Assembly (NCBI GenBank): GCA_008632985.1
Contig: QPGO01000011.1
Location: 1-64,000 of the forward strand
Direction of reading: 5' to 3'
Origin: Psammoneis japonica
Lineage: Eukaryota
DNA length: 64,000 nucleotides
Shown here piece after piece: positions 48,167 to 60,180 of the stretch. The notes below the pieces were generated by a model. It was not told the origin of the DNA. It ran no database searches and was given only the letters and a program-made list of their open reading frames with translations. Both the position numbers and the translations under genes were made by a program. Numbering within the stretch: position 1 is the stretch's first letter; the number at the start of each line of letters is the position of its first letter.

Positions 48167-49716
48167 CTATTTTTGAACTCGGATGGCGAGCAGAAAGTAA
48201 TCCTTCACATTTGCTTGAGACTCAACAAAGACAGTGTACGTTGCTGATCCCTTTACTTGTTTAGCAATACAAGTTCCAGAGGGAATGTCTTCTGTTAAAG
48301 ATGCCTTGACCTGCACCCGCTTCACCGCTCCCGCCGGTCCCACCTCCAACACTGCCTCGGCTTTTGACTTGCAATGTATAAAGACGCTGGCCTGCTCGTC
48401 TCTCGATAAAGCAAAATCAACTTTTGACTTCTCCCCTGGCTTGAGATACAGGAGCTTACCGTTTGCCTACTAGCGTCACTGTTGCCCTGCTCCATCAAGA
48501 CCCTGTCGAAATCAGACCCGACACCGCCAAAGTTACGAAGAAGTCCTTTGGGATCCACCAGTTCTTCCAGTCTCTTCTTTGACGTTCCCGAATCAATTTC
48601 CACCTTGGCGGCCGTTCTCGGATCTAGAAACTTTCGAATAATGACCCACGAGTATGAGAAAAAGTACGGTGCGTTGATAATGACAATTCGGTTCAGAACT
48701 TCGGGGAAACAGTCGACCGCCGGCATTATGCCCTTGAGCAACGCCAGGGTTCGTGAGTTGATTGTACTCGCCGCAAGTCCCTTCAGGTTGACCACTACGA
48801 GCAATTCGCATCTTGCATTTCTGTTTTTGCTTTTAGCTCTTTCGACTTGCATCTTTACAGCGGTCGTGAGCGCGTACCAAACGTAAAATATCAATCGTTC
48901 TTCCGGTTTCACGAGGCAATCCATCCCCTCAATGCTAAATCTCTCGGCCAAAAAGTAGACAACCGGACAGCCATTTCTGCTGATTCCCGAGAAAACAAAA
49001 GGAAATTGGGATAAAAAGACAGTCACAGGACATCCAAGAGCAGCGTCAATGTCCTTGTAAAAGTCGGCGCCTTTACCTTGTAAAAAGCAATCCGCGTGAC
49101 TGCCAATCATATCCAAGGTTTGGTCCGGATCAAACTGTCGAGCTCTTAAACAGCGACAAAGTGCATATGGCTCTTCTTCAACTGTACTGTAAACGTGTAC
49201 TATCTCTCGATGGGTTTGGTAGTTCGGTTGTTTGAGTCTCGCACGGAACTCGAGGCAACTCTTGATTTCAGTTTCAGAGAGTTCTCCTGGATAACCGGCC
49301 AAATGTGGAGTGCCCTCATCTGCTTGGGTCAGAGCTTCACGGATAATCTTAGTAGACTTTCCAGATTCCTTATTGGTCTTGAGTGTTTCCGGAACATCCA
49401 TAAGAATAGACTTTGGTGGGTGAGGGTCGGGCACTCGTGCTGGTGCGTACTGAAACCGAGTAGTGTTGTCGCTAACGAGTTGTTCGCGGGTACTGAGAAA
49501 GATTGTTTTAGCCATATTTTCCTGCTCCTCTCTCGACAGATTCTCAAAGTCAGATTCGGACTGGATTGCACTGAAATAATACATTGACGATCTCTTGTTA
49601 TCTGGTGAAACTGGTGTGTTCTGTTCATCGCGTGTTGCCGTCGCACCTACTACTTCTTCTTCCTTGCTTTCGACATCATCGCCTTGTCTTTTACGTAGAC
49701 AACACAACTTTATCAT
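48167..49716 (-). CDS. Sec14/CRAL-TRIO lipid-binding protein; apparent frameshift near 48455 joining a beta-rich C-terminus
   Basis: Motifs LCRCLRARQFD, FPEVLNRIVIINAPYFFSYSWVIIRKFLDPRTAAKV and LLRNFGG; N-terminal MIKLCC. Confidence 0.87.
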
Positions 49717-50018
49717 CGTTTTGCTTTGTATGCTGCGCTCATACAGTGTTTAGGGGCAATGATAGTACTGTACGTCAGCGGCGTGCCATCAATGATCATC
49801 GTCAAAAGTCAGAAGCGATTGACTTCAAGAAAAATGAGGCACATGAAGAACTTTTAAAATAATTATATACGAATATATTATTGACGTATGTCATAACACA
49901 AATTCAACAGTAACTAATAATCGATATAGTACCGGATAATTTCAATAGTGAATATCTTCCGCATCGTCTATGAATATACATAAGCTGGGAAAACACACAC
50001 AAAAAAACCAGCGCTGCA

Positions 50019-51858
50019 CCATGGCGGCTTCGTCTTTTATTCAACGACCTAGAAACAATGGGATGAGCAGTCGCCATACAAAGAGGAGCTCTTCTGCAAG
50101 CAGTATTCGTACCATTGCGTTTTGTCTGGTGACTGGTTTTATTGGCTTTTATGCGGGTGTACTTTGGGGTATGCAGATGGGGCATACAAGCAACACTGAA
50201 ACAACGACAAACTCTGATCCGATTGCAAGTGCAGCCAATCCAATACAGCAACGAGTTATCACGCAACAACAGAAACCAAAGGGTTCTGATACCGGTACGA
50301 GTCGTTTCTCACCAGGAACTGCAAAAACTGTGTATGGAGCAACGCGAGTGAATCGCCTGGACTTTGCTAAGAAATTTGACATGGGAGTACCGCTCGATCC
50401 ATCTCAGCCGGGCAACAACGAAGTCTTGATTCTGCACAACCGTGCATCAAAGCCACAGGTTCCTGGCGTTGATAGTGTGTCAGGCAATGGTCCTCCTCCT
50501 CTGCTCTCGGTCGACCAAGCGACAAAGTCCTGTGATAACTTGCACGTTGTATTGACCGATTACAACCCCAAGCGAAAGCAATGTATTGCAGTTATGGGAC
50601 AGTATGAAGCTTTTCATATTCAAAAGTGGATGAGATTGCCCTTGGAAAAGAAGCCAATCGACTCGTCTGTGCCACTCCGACTGGTAAACCGTGGTGCGCA
50701 GCAAAACGGTGGCAAGTCAACCAACCCTCCAACCAGAGAACAAACCAAACAGTACTGGGAAATCCTTCAGACTTATCTATCTGCTCTGGATGACGTCTTG
50801 GCAAAACTAAAACCATTGGCTGAAAAGGTTGCAATTAACAATACGGTCATTGTCATGGTGTGCAATATGGGTCAATCCGAGCTCTTGCTAAACTTTGCTT
50901 GCTCGGCAAGGGCAAAGGGATTGGATACTTCGCATGTTCTTGTCTTTGCAACAGATGAAGAGACTTTGCAGCTTGCTCAAGGAATCGGTCTTACTGCCTT
51001 TTATGATGAAATTGTAAGTGGCGTGAGGTAATGGTTATCTGAATCTTCTTACTTTCTCTGATGCAAACGCTGACATGTGATTGTACTTTGCGTCGGTTGC
51101 AGAACTTTAAGCGCATGCCCTCGGGCGCGGCTCGGGTATATTTGGATCGAAACTTTGCCGCCATGATGATGGCCAAGGTATTTTGCGTTCAAATGGTCAG
51201 CATGTTGGGTTATGACGTGTTGTTCCAAGATGTTGATGTCATTTGGTACAGCAATCCTCTCGAATACTTTCACGATACCACCCACCCGAACTATGGATTT
51301 GATATTTACTTTCAGGATGATGGAAACCACGCCTTGTTTTATGCACCCTATTCTGCCAACACGGGAATGTACTATATGCGTCAAAACGACAGAACGCAGT
51401 ACTTTATGAATTCCTTTTTACTAGCTGGCGACCTGATTCTATCGACAAAGAGTCATCAGATTGCTCTTATTGCGCTACTGAATGAACACGCAAGTATGTA
51501 CGGTCTAAAGGTCAAGATCCAGAGTCGGGACGAAGATGAATTTCCTGGCGGATTTCACTACCATCGACGAAAAGCGTACATGAAGGAACTTGTTGAAGGA
51601 ACAAAGACGCCGTATATCTTCCACATGTCGTGGACAAAGAACAAGGACAACAAACTGCTCTTTATGCGTCAAATGGGAATGTGGTACTTGCAAGACAAAT
51701 GCATCGCCAAGACTGCCGAGAATATTGGATCGACAAGCTTGGTGGATGCATGTTGCCTGGCTGAACCCAACGTATCGTGCCATTACAGTGACAAGCCGAG
51801 CAAAATCCCGTGCAAAGACAGTCCGCCCATTGATCAAGGCCGCCCCTCGTGGTGGTAG
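50019..51858 (+). CDS. Nucleotide-diphospho-sugar transferase (GT77-like), paralog 2; intron 51014-51102
   Basis: Type II TM anchor; motifs LFQDVDVIW, FQDDG, ANTGMYY, SHQ and FHMSWT. Confidence 0.87.
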
Positions 51859-52434
51859 AGAACCGCGTGATCATAATTGGATAACGTGATATCTACTAAC
51901 GGTAGGGCCATCTAGAGTACTGTGTCGTGATATATTCGTGTTCTTGCAAATGAACCGCTCTACTTCATCGAGAATACCCAGAATGAATAGAAGAGACTGT
52001 CTGCTATTTCTCAAGAGGTCCGTGCCTTGTGACATTCGCCGTCAGCATTGCTTACCTTATTGTTCGTGTAGTTGCTGGTAGTTGTTGCGTTACTGTACAT
52101 ACAGTAGACTATGTTCTATGTTGTGTCTGATTTGATAGTTGCTTGCGGCGCTGCGGGGTCAATTTTTGAAAATTTGGGTGTTCGCAGGTGCATTCAATTA
52201 TTCGTTACTGAAGGATAAAAACGTTTGTCAATTCATCCCTCAGAGCTCGCTCAGAGCGGCGATCGCCATGAGACCACAGCAGGATAGATGAGGCGGACAG
52301 CATAGAAGTAGCAACGGCGAGCGAGTCTCACACCCTTTATCTCTTAATATGATACATGGTTTGGAGAACGTTCAATGTTCACATGGTTATTCCTGGCTTT
52401 TGTAACGTTGCCTCCTTGGAGCACCGAATCATCC

Positions 52435-53361
52435 ATGTGGAAGTGTTGTTTCTTAAAGTGCTGCAGCGATGAAACACCTCGGTTGGAGCAATGGCACGAT
52501 GAAATGAAGCACGCAATTGAGCACGCGAGCTTTCTAGATCAGGATTTTTGCAGGAGCTTGCTGTTTGAAGGCGATGATTCGGCGATTGACAAGGAGAAAC
52601 AATTGGAATGGTTGCTCGGCGACAGCATCGCATCGCACGAAAGCGACAAGATTGTTGTACTGAAAGGGCTGCCTCAAAGGCCGTTCTATAAAGAACTAGC
52701 CAATCGCCTAGCGTTGTGTTCTGCACAAGAGGTCAGTGACGAGAAGAACTTGCTTTCTCTGTCGGGTCCATGCTCACCTCGGACACCGCACTTGGTTCCT
52801 GCTGCCGACATGGGCATGTCAGAGACAATACGAAAGCTGCCGTCCTCTTTACCGTCAACACCAATGTCTGTTTTCAAGTGGCTGAAGGAAGTACGCGAGG
52901 ACGGGATAATGTACATGCTTGGAATGCGACAGACTATAGGAACCTTGAGTGATTCGTACCTGCTCCCGCCAAAACAAAAAGACCTGTTGGATGCAGCATG
53001 CAGGATTCATAGGCCTTGTTCCAAAAGTATGTTGACCGTGGCAGCAAGAGCAAGAGCTAAGCACGCACACCGAGGTAGCCGAGACCAGTTTTTTGGCGTC
53101 GTAAAGGGAGGAGAAAAAGAGCAGAATGTAGAGTCATTCCGTTTGGTACAGAAATTGCTGAAGGAAGCGGTATGGATTAATATTCACACGTTTGGTGGTC
53201 TAGATGGCACACCTGTACTGGAAGTTCGTATTCTATCTGGATATGGAGCACGATGGAAAGCGGACTGGTTTTCGAACAGGGTGCAACCGTCAGATGTTGA
53301 GTTTCGCGGATTCCTCGAGCCACAAATGGCCAGTGGACATGAACTGAAGTGGCGACACTGA
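52435..53361 (+). CDS. Conserved hypothetical protein with C-terminal LTVAARARAKH...GYGARW...FRGFLEP...GHELKWRH domain; start may be 52375
   Basis: Intact 328-codon ORF. The C-terminus resembles, from recall, that of plant ASCH-domain-associated proteins. Confidence 0.75.
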   Translation: MWKCCFLKCCSDETPRLEQWHDEMKHAIEHASFLDQDFCRSLLFEGDDSAIDKEKQLEWLLGDSIASHESDKIVVLKGLPQRPFYKELANRLALCSAQEVSDEKNLLSLSGPCSPRTPHLVPAADMGMSETIRKLPSSLPSTPMSVFKWLKEVREDGIMYMLGMRQTIGTLSDSYLLPPKQKDLLDAACRIHRPCSKSMLTVAARARAKHAHRGSRDQFFGVVKGGEKEQNVESFRLVQKLLKEAVWINIHTFGGLDGTPVLEVRILSGYGARWKADWFSNRVQPSDVEFRGFLEPQMASGHELKWRH

Positions 53362-53599
53362 CACTTTAGGTGTAACAGTACCTGTAAAGGAGGCTATAGT
53401 AGAGCTACTTCTACGGGTAGTAGGGCTACTACACAAACTCGACCTACCCCATACCCTCCCACCCCGTGAAAGATGCTACTAAATATTTTTACGTTTTGCT
53501 CGTCCGTCATCCGTGTTCGCGTCGTCAATGTTGGCAATTGAGGAGGAATCGGGGTACAGTGGTCTCTTGTCCCCAGTGGTAAAAAGACTCCTCTATTTG

Positions 53600-55720
53600 G
53601 TGATTCCTCCTCAAACTTTCAATTCGAGTGATTTTCTTTTTGCGTTTCACCACAACTCACCCACACTCACCTGTTGTCATTGCCTTTGGCAGAGTGTGAA
53701 TGGGCCCAACACCTCCCCAGCAGAGGTGCATGACTTTGTTGACTCCTTCATTGATCAATTTGACAAAAATGAGTGAGCACTGAAGGAATGTCATCCCTGG
53801 AAATTCATTCTGGTTTGTGAGCCACAATGCAAGGAGAGAACAAGAGAAACACACACACACACTCCCGACATGTGACATCAAGGACAGCCCAATGATGAAA
53901 CAAAAACCCAGTGTGATGTGGACACTGCCCTTTCTCAATGCCAGTGCCACCAAGCAAAGTGAAGAGGTTCTGAAACATCTTGCAACAAAGTGAAAGTGCG
54001 CAGCTGTCTAGCAAGATCAGGAGCCAAAAAGAACTGTCTGCTCCAGAAATGGGGTTCCAGCGGAATGAGCAACAATGCAGCCTTCTTTTGCTGCTGTGAC
54101 AGGTGTGCAGAATGTGCGTGGTTGTTAAAAAGCAAATGTCCAGAGAAGCAGCTGTTGCTGGAGAGCATGAGAAATCCAAGTTGTTCTCTTCAGTGCATGA
54201 AAAAATGTTCTGGTGTGTTCAGGGCAGAGACAAATCTTGACAAGGACAGCCAGCAGGTTGGAAGAAAATTGCTTGGAGTGCTGCTTGCTGCTCTGTGTTG
54301 GTCACAGTTAAAGAAGCACATCTGGGTGCTGGGACACAACCTCCAAAGAAGCCTGTTTGGCGATGATCTTCTCATGTGGAGTTTCCTTCAGATGCTGCCA
54401 GAGACAACAAAGATGTGCCATGCTTCTCATCAAGAGAGGTTGGGATCAAGGGCACCGATGTCACAAGCTGTGCTCCACTTGCTTGCAGCACAGCCAGAAG
54501 TGAGATGCATCAAATGGAAGACAACATCAAAAGGACATTGATTTGTGAGAGAGCAAGACATTTCCAAGGTCCTCACCAAGATTTGAGCTGACAATGCTGC
54601 AAGCACAACAAGAAGTGCAGAACAATGCAGTGTTGCAGAGCCTGGCGCATCTGCTGTGGCAAAACTTGCACCTGTGTGCTGAGAGGAACAAGAGCTCTTG
54701 ACTTGATGGTGTCACTTCCCACACCAGCACGACTGCAGTCTGTGAAGGATCTGAAGAGCAAGCAGTGCTCCTCTGTGGCCAGCCCAGCTCAAACCCTGCT
54801 GCTGTTGTTCTACCTGCAGCATCTGCCACAAGAACAAGGAGCAGCAAAGTCAAAGCACATCAGTCAAATGATGGAAGGCGACAGAACATTGCCAGGGGCA
54901 GCACTTTGGTGGTTGTCTCATGCTCTTCCTGTTCTGTTTGCACAATGCATGCTGGCATCTGACCAAGCAAGCATCTTCCACATCAGATGAAGATGTCTGC
55001 AATGCAGTGAGAAAGAGCATGGAGTGTGGACTTGCCATGATGCCCCTCTTCAAGTTGACAAGTGTGGTGTCATCCAGAGCAAGAAGCTGTGAGAGACACA
55101 CAGGCATGCTCAATGCTCAAAATGAAAGCAACCCCAAAAACTCCAAACACTCTTTGAGGCACGACCAGTGATCGCCAATTGACTGAAGCGATCAAGTCAA
55201 ACCACTTTTCTTGCACACAACCCCAAGAATCTGTGTTCCCTTGCACTTCATGGCTTGCTGGCACACGTTTTTCAAGTCACGACTCATGCTCTTGTGCCTT
55301 TTGCAGCACAGCAGCCACAGCTGCCTTGCAAAAACCAAGCAAGATCACAACCCACAGGTGTCAGGGCCACCATGTCAGGATCATCAAAGCTGATGCCAAA
55401 GAAACAATGAAGCAAACCTTCTGTCACTTGCCATGCTCTTCTCAAGGAAAGTGAGCTTTGTGGCCTTGCTGCGAGCAGTGCGAGTGGCAGCTGGTGCTTT
55501 GCACTGATGAACACACGGGACTGAGAAAGAGAGAACGAAAGAGCAGCCCCCAAATGAGGACATCATCACCTGATGACATGGCCAAGCAGCTGCAGACAAA
55601 TAGATGCATCAAGAGAAAGTCCATTCAGAAACCACCGAAATTGGGTGACTCCCTCAACCGGTGCGGCCACAGTGCACCTCTCCACAGACTGCTCGCTCGG
55701 CCTTTTTGCCGAACCGTCTG
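53600..55720. mobile_element. TpA- and CpG-depleted degenerate block, probable transposon relic
   Basis: Five TA in about 2.1 kb; ORFs nearly Tyr-free and Cys/His-rich; family not recognised. Confidence 0.5.
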
Positions 55721-55906
55721 CCCTCCTGTATGTGACGCGAGAAAACACCTGCGCGCTGCTGCGCATGAACACAGTACGTACTTGTACTTCAGTCGTACGT
55801 AGATAGAATACCACGCATATTCGTACTCGTAGCTTTCTACTCTAGGTACACCATACAGATTGCCCGCGAGCGATCAGCCAATCTGCGGCGTTGCGCTGTG
55901 TCAACC

Positions 55907-56738
55907 ATGGCGGCCTCTCAAAGCCTATCAAAGACGATTCAAGCTGGTTTGGGGCGGGCATTAAGAGAAACTGGTGCTGCCCTCAAACTTGCGGGTGGTG
56001 TCGAGGTAAGATGAAGCTTGAGCATCATTCAGGTGACGTTCGTACTGAGGAAACGTAGAAATGTACGGGCTTGTTGTCAGACAGACCCTCACTTTTTTTT
56101 TTCTGTGACAGATCATCTCGAGACATCGACCACTCATGACGTTCTATGGTGCCAAGCCCTTTGTCACCAATGATACATTTATCGCTCCATCCGCGTCAGT
56201 GATTGGAAATGTCACAAACTGGGACGAATCGAGTGTGTGGTACGGTGCAGTGGTTCGCGCAGATTCCTCTCACGGTATCACAATTGGTTTCTCCTCCAAT
56301 GTTCAAGACGGCGCTGTAGTGTCTACCTTGGGCGAGTCAGAATCCCTGGAAACCGGCTTTCCACCAACTACTCATATTGGCCACTATGTTAGTGTCGGTA
56401 CTGGCTCTGTCTTGATTAGTTGCCGAATTGATGACTTGGTTGAGATTGGAGACAAGTGCACAATCTTGGAAGGAGCAATCGTGGAGTCGAACGTTATTCT
56501 CGAGCCAGGCACAGTGGTTCCGGCATATGGTCGTATCCCTGCTGGACAAAAGTGGGGCGGTAACCCTGCACAATACATTGCCGATCTGACAGACGACGAA
56601 AAGGGGCACATCCAGGCGAAAGCGGAAGAAATTCATGTCCAGGCGAAGGAGCACCTGTTGGAATTCTTGCCTTATGGTTTTTCGTATGTGCAGTTGGAAG
56701 ATTTGGAAGCGAAGGGAGCGGAAGCAAAGCAAGGTTGA
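55907..56738 (+). CDS. Mitochondrial gamma-carbonic anhydrase-like protein (complex I associated); intron 56006-56111
   Basis: Exon 1 contains LGRALRETGAAL; exon 2 contains SRHR, FIAPSASVIGNV, SVWYGAVVRAD, hexapeptide repeats and WGGNPA. Confidence 0.92.
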
Positions 56739-57110
56739 GGTATTGTTTCATACCTACCTTAAGCTACTCGAGGACAGCGACAGCCGCTCCTTGTTGCTGT
56801 CGCCTGTCGCCTCTCTCTCTTTTCATTATTTTAAAATTAAAACTCATGACCCTCACTAGAGTTTGTTTACTTTATACCATTACATATGCAGCCGAGAGAT
56901 ACGGTGCACCTCCGCAAGCAGTACCGTAGACATCGCAGTTGTTCAAGTACGACATCGCCGTCTTCCGGGGCAACATGATCCTGCCGCACGCACGAAGGGC
57001 AGATCTCTCATCGCTCTGCGCGGCGCTGCGGGTGGGCGATGATGCCTGATGATGCCGATGCGGCCGATTATTTTCTCTCGCACAGTAAGTAGGGCCCCAC
57101 ATCAAACAAG

Positions 57111-57833
57111 ATGCTCCTTGTACGTTTCTTGTCTTTCTGTTTAGCCTGTTTTTTGCATCGAATGGATGCTATAGAAGATCCTGACGTCGTTCCCAAGGAA
57201 TGGCCGCAAGCTTTTAACGTCACTTTTTTTACCAACATAGTTTCAGAACAACACGCACGAAACAGAAGCGATATTGATACGAGGCGCCCAATAAAGTCAA
57301 AGTTATTTTACGACTATGCAAACTACAAGTCCCAACGAATCCAGCATGGAGCTGGTTCCTACGAGTGTATCCATTTTTACAACACGCTCGACGAGTGCAC
57401 GCTGATCATGAAACCCACTGGTATGTTTCGCCTGTTGCCGAGCAGCAATCAGGATGCACTAGATTGCTGCCTCGACTTGTCAGCTGTTACTTGCCCTCCG
57501 CCAACGTGGCCTGTTTCGGCAGCAGAGGGTCGTGAATACGTTGGAGACGAAGTTGAGAAAGTATCTGGAGTCATGGCTCATCATTGGAGATGGCCAATGG
57601 GAGAAGGGTCATATTCGCATTACTTTCAGGACATTGAAACGAATCTGCCTGTTAAATGGACCTTCCCTGCGGCTAACGGGAGACAGGATTTCTATTTCAT
57701 TGCTGGATCCTTCTTATTTGGTCCTCAGGATGGCACATTGTTTGAATTGCCAAGTCCGTGCACGAAATGCCCGGAAGAACCAGTATCATTGTCGTACAAG
57801 CATAATCGCTCCGGGGAAGAAGTCAAAGAGTAG
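57111..57833 (+). CDS. Secreted/lysosomal-type uncharacterised protein, possibly ependymin-related
   Basis: Signal peptide; pattern P..WP..F, LFYDY, CC...PP.W and F.LP..C. Confidence 0.7.
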   Translation: MLLVRFLSFCLACFLHRMDAIEDPDVVPKEWPQAFNVTFFTNIVSEQHARNRSDIDTRRPIKSKLFYDYANYKSQRIQHGAGSYECIHFYNTLDECTLIMKPTGMFRLLPSSNQDALDCCLDLSAVTCPPPTWPVSAAEGREYVGDEVEKVSGVMAHHWRWPMGEGSYSHYFQDIETNLPVKWTFPAANGRQDFYFIAGSFLFGPQDGTLFELPSPCTKCPEEPVSLSYKHNRSGEEVKE

Positions 57834-57906
57834 ACGTCCTTTACTCTACTTCGTGCTTTAGTATTTACATCCTGGAGGTATTTCGGTAGTGGTCCTGGTT
57901 ATGATG

Positions 57907-58566
57907 TTAAGCAGAACGTGACGCAATGATTGACGCTAGATTGTCGACGTGTTTCTCGTTTGCAACTGCAGCCGCGTCTGCTTCCCCCATAACTCGAGCG
58001 AACAGTCTAGCGCACTGTGTTCTTTGAACGGAAAACTTGGAAAGAAATTCAGACTTCATGGAAGCGTCGTACAGGTTGCTTTGGTTCATCTTGGTTTGCA
58101 GCTCGAGTACGCGTTTGATGCTGCTCTCTCGGCTTCGTCGTTTGGCCTCCACGAGGAACGGGACCGAGAGGTATTCCAAGCCACGGTAGTGACCAGATCC
58201 CCTGTTTATTTCTTCGAGCTTCATTCTCGTTGCTGGACAAATGACTCTATCTTTCTTGATGAACTTGGGCACTGATCGACATGCTTTGTACGTTTCTGTC
58301 AAGGCAGAGGAGTAGCGAAGAGCGTCGTTGTGGCCCTCTCTGAAGAAAATACCATCTGAAATATCTTTGGTATTCTGGGTGAAGTTTTCATAGTCCGAGT
58401 CCTGCCACCATATGGCCCTCTTTTCGCTATCGCTCATTTCACTTGAAGGTACCAGTAGTGGTCCAATGACTTGAGTCTTGACTTCTGAAAGCCCACCAAC
58501 CTCCTCGAATCGAAGTCGTTTCTCTGGTTTCTTTTTTATCCCACCTTTTGGGGGCTGCCAACACAT
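57907..58566 (-). CDS. Diatom-type hypothetical protein (RGLE family)
   Basis: Pattern RLRF...IWWQDSDY...RGLE...VLELQ...ARLFARVMGEADA, shared with 60518-61502. Confidence 0.75.
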   Translation of the reverse strand: MCWQPPKGGIKKKPEKRLRFEEVGGLSEVKTQVIGPLLVPSSEMSDSEKRAIWWQDSDYENFTQNTKDISDGIFFREGHNDALRYSSALTETYKACRSVPKFIKKDRVICPATRMKLEEINRGSGHYRGLEYLSVPFLVEAKRRSRESSIKRVLELQTKMNQSNLYDASMKSEFLSKFSVQRTQCARLFARVMGEADAAAVANEKHVDNLASIIASRSA

Positions 58567-59898
58567 CGTCCTTGTACCGGTAGTTTGCCACCCGTCAACT
58601 CTTTGTTTGAGAACAGCGACTGGACTAGAACTGGTGTAGACTGTAGATCAAGCGGATAATAAATGGATTTTGCGAATACGGTAGTCGTATCGAGAGTTTG
58701 TGGCGGTCTTGGTTGGGGCCATCAATAGTCATTTCGCATAAATAGCAACCTGCAGAAGTCGCGTTGACTCGACGTGAAATGGATGGATGAGAAAAGTCCA
58801 AGGCCATATCTTGATTCAAAGTGTTTCTGTCCTACTCTTGCAACTGTCAATAATGGTCATTCTGCATAAATACTGATGTTAGTCGTCACCGTTGAAAATA
58901 GTCATTTCTAGGGATTTATGACTGTTGATACTTTTTGGGTTGGAGGTCATCTTGCACCGTTGCCGATCGTTTGCGTTTGTAAAAATAATGGACCAACGCA
59001 AGTTGCAAAATCCGAAATCAAAATCACGTCAGAATCAACGACGTTCCTTTTGCTCTACCGGTACGTCTGTTGTGTGCCACGTTTCTCGTCTGCGTCGGAG
59101 TCCTTGCATTGTATCCAAACACTCTTTCACCGCCCGCCTTCGTTAATTCTAGTTTAGATTCCACTGAATGTATTATCGCGCCCAAGAACTTCTATTCCAG
59201 TTGCCAATGAATGGACAATCGCGCGTCTCTTTTCGCTTCATTGGTGCTCCTCTCAAGGTGCGAATGAGCAAACAAAAAAGTTGGCTTGGCTCCCAATGAT
59301 GTCGAAAGCATTAAAAGACATGTACTAAATTGTCAACGAAGCGGCTGGTATCGACCAAGTTCCTAGAAGCGGAAGAGGCCGCAGTGCCGTCCGTTCTAAC
59401 CTTCCGAGAGAGAACCAAGTGCGCTTGTCCAACAACATTGTTTCCTTGAAATTGCTCACAGTGACTTTCTCTGCCGTCACGATGAAGTGCGAATACAGAG
59501 CTTCTTTTGCTTTGTCGAATCTTCGTATCGCGAGACTCCAGAGGTGGATGGGATTCGCTGGCACCTCTCTCGGTTTTCCTGTCGGAACACATGCCCAGAG
59601 AAACGAAGATGCAAACAGTTCACATTATTCATTTGAGGTGCACCTCAATATCAGATAGGAAGGGCTTGTGTCGAGGTAGCGGAGTGCCGTAGGGGGTAAA
59701 AGGGCACTTCGATCAGGCAAGGAGTGCGTGCGTTGTAAGAACTGCGCCAACCGATCTCTTGAAGAAGCACTGCCATCATAATACCGGTACAAGTCTCACA
59801 CATGATAAAACTAGAGATTGACGGTCACAATCAGTTAACCCATGCTTGTGCTTTCCGTTGACGTTCACCAATCAGTGGTGGCAGATCCATGCGGCTTT

Positions 59899-60180
59899 TC
59901 AGAGAGCAATTCTCAGCCAAATTCTTTCGTGTATATAATAAATCAAAACCTTAGCAATGAACTCGAAGAATCCAATCTGAAGGGCAGTCCCAACTTCTCC
60001 AGTTACAATCAAAGCAATCGTAACTGTTGTGAGCGTCGCCAACAGCCTCCAAGTGAGGCCTTTGGCAAGCGACCGAGTGTGCGACTCCTCGTGCTTTGCT
60101 GCCACCGCGTCGGTTTTCATCAAGGCGAAACTACCTTGAGGTTCAGGTGAAGCAGATGTTAGTTCGGTGTCAGTCTTCAT
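59899..60180 (-). CDS. DUF2061 small membrane protein
   Basis: ESHTRSLAKGLTWRLLAT...YYIHERIW signature. Confidence 0.85.
   Translation of the reverse strand: MKTDTELTSASPEPQGSFALMKTDAVAAKHEESHTRSLAKGLTWRLLATLTTVTIALIVTGEVGTALQIGFFEFIAKVLIYYIHERIWLRIAL

Noticed and set aside
6540..48460. Frameshifts in HMGR, YegS, FNTB, SET paralog 4, GT paralog 1 and Sec14 as pseudogenes or programmed frameshifting
   Set aside because: Those I could resolve are single-base losses in short homopolymers, with no premature stops or motif decay, and some fall in essential genes. This is typical of unpolished long-read consensus; polishing with short reads would settle it.
59311..59692. Short ORFs between the RGLE-family gene and DUF2061
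   Set aside because: No recognisable motif or consistent gene structure.
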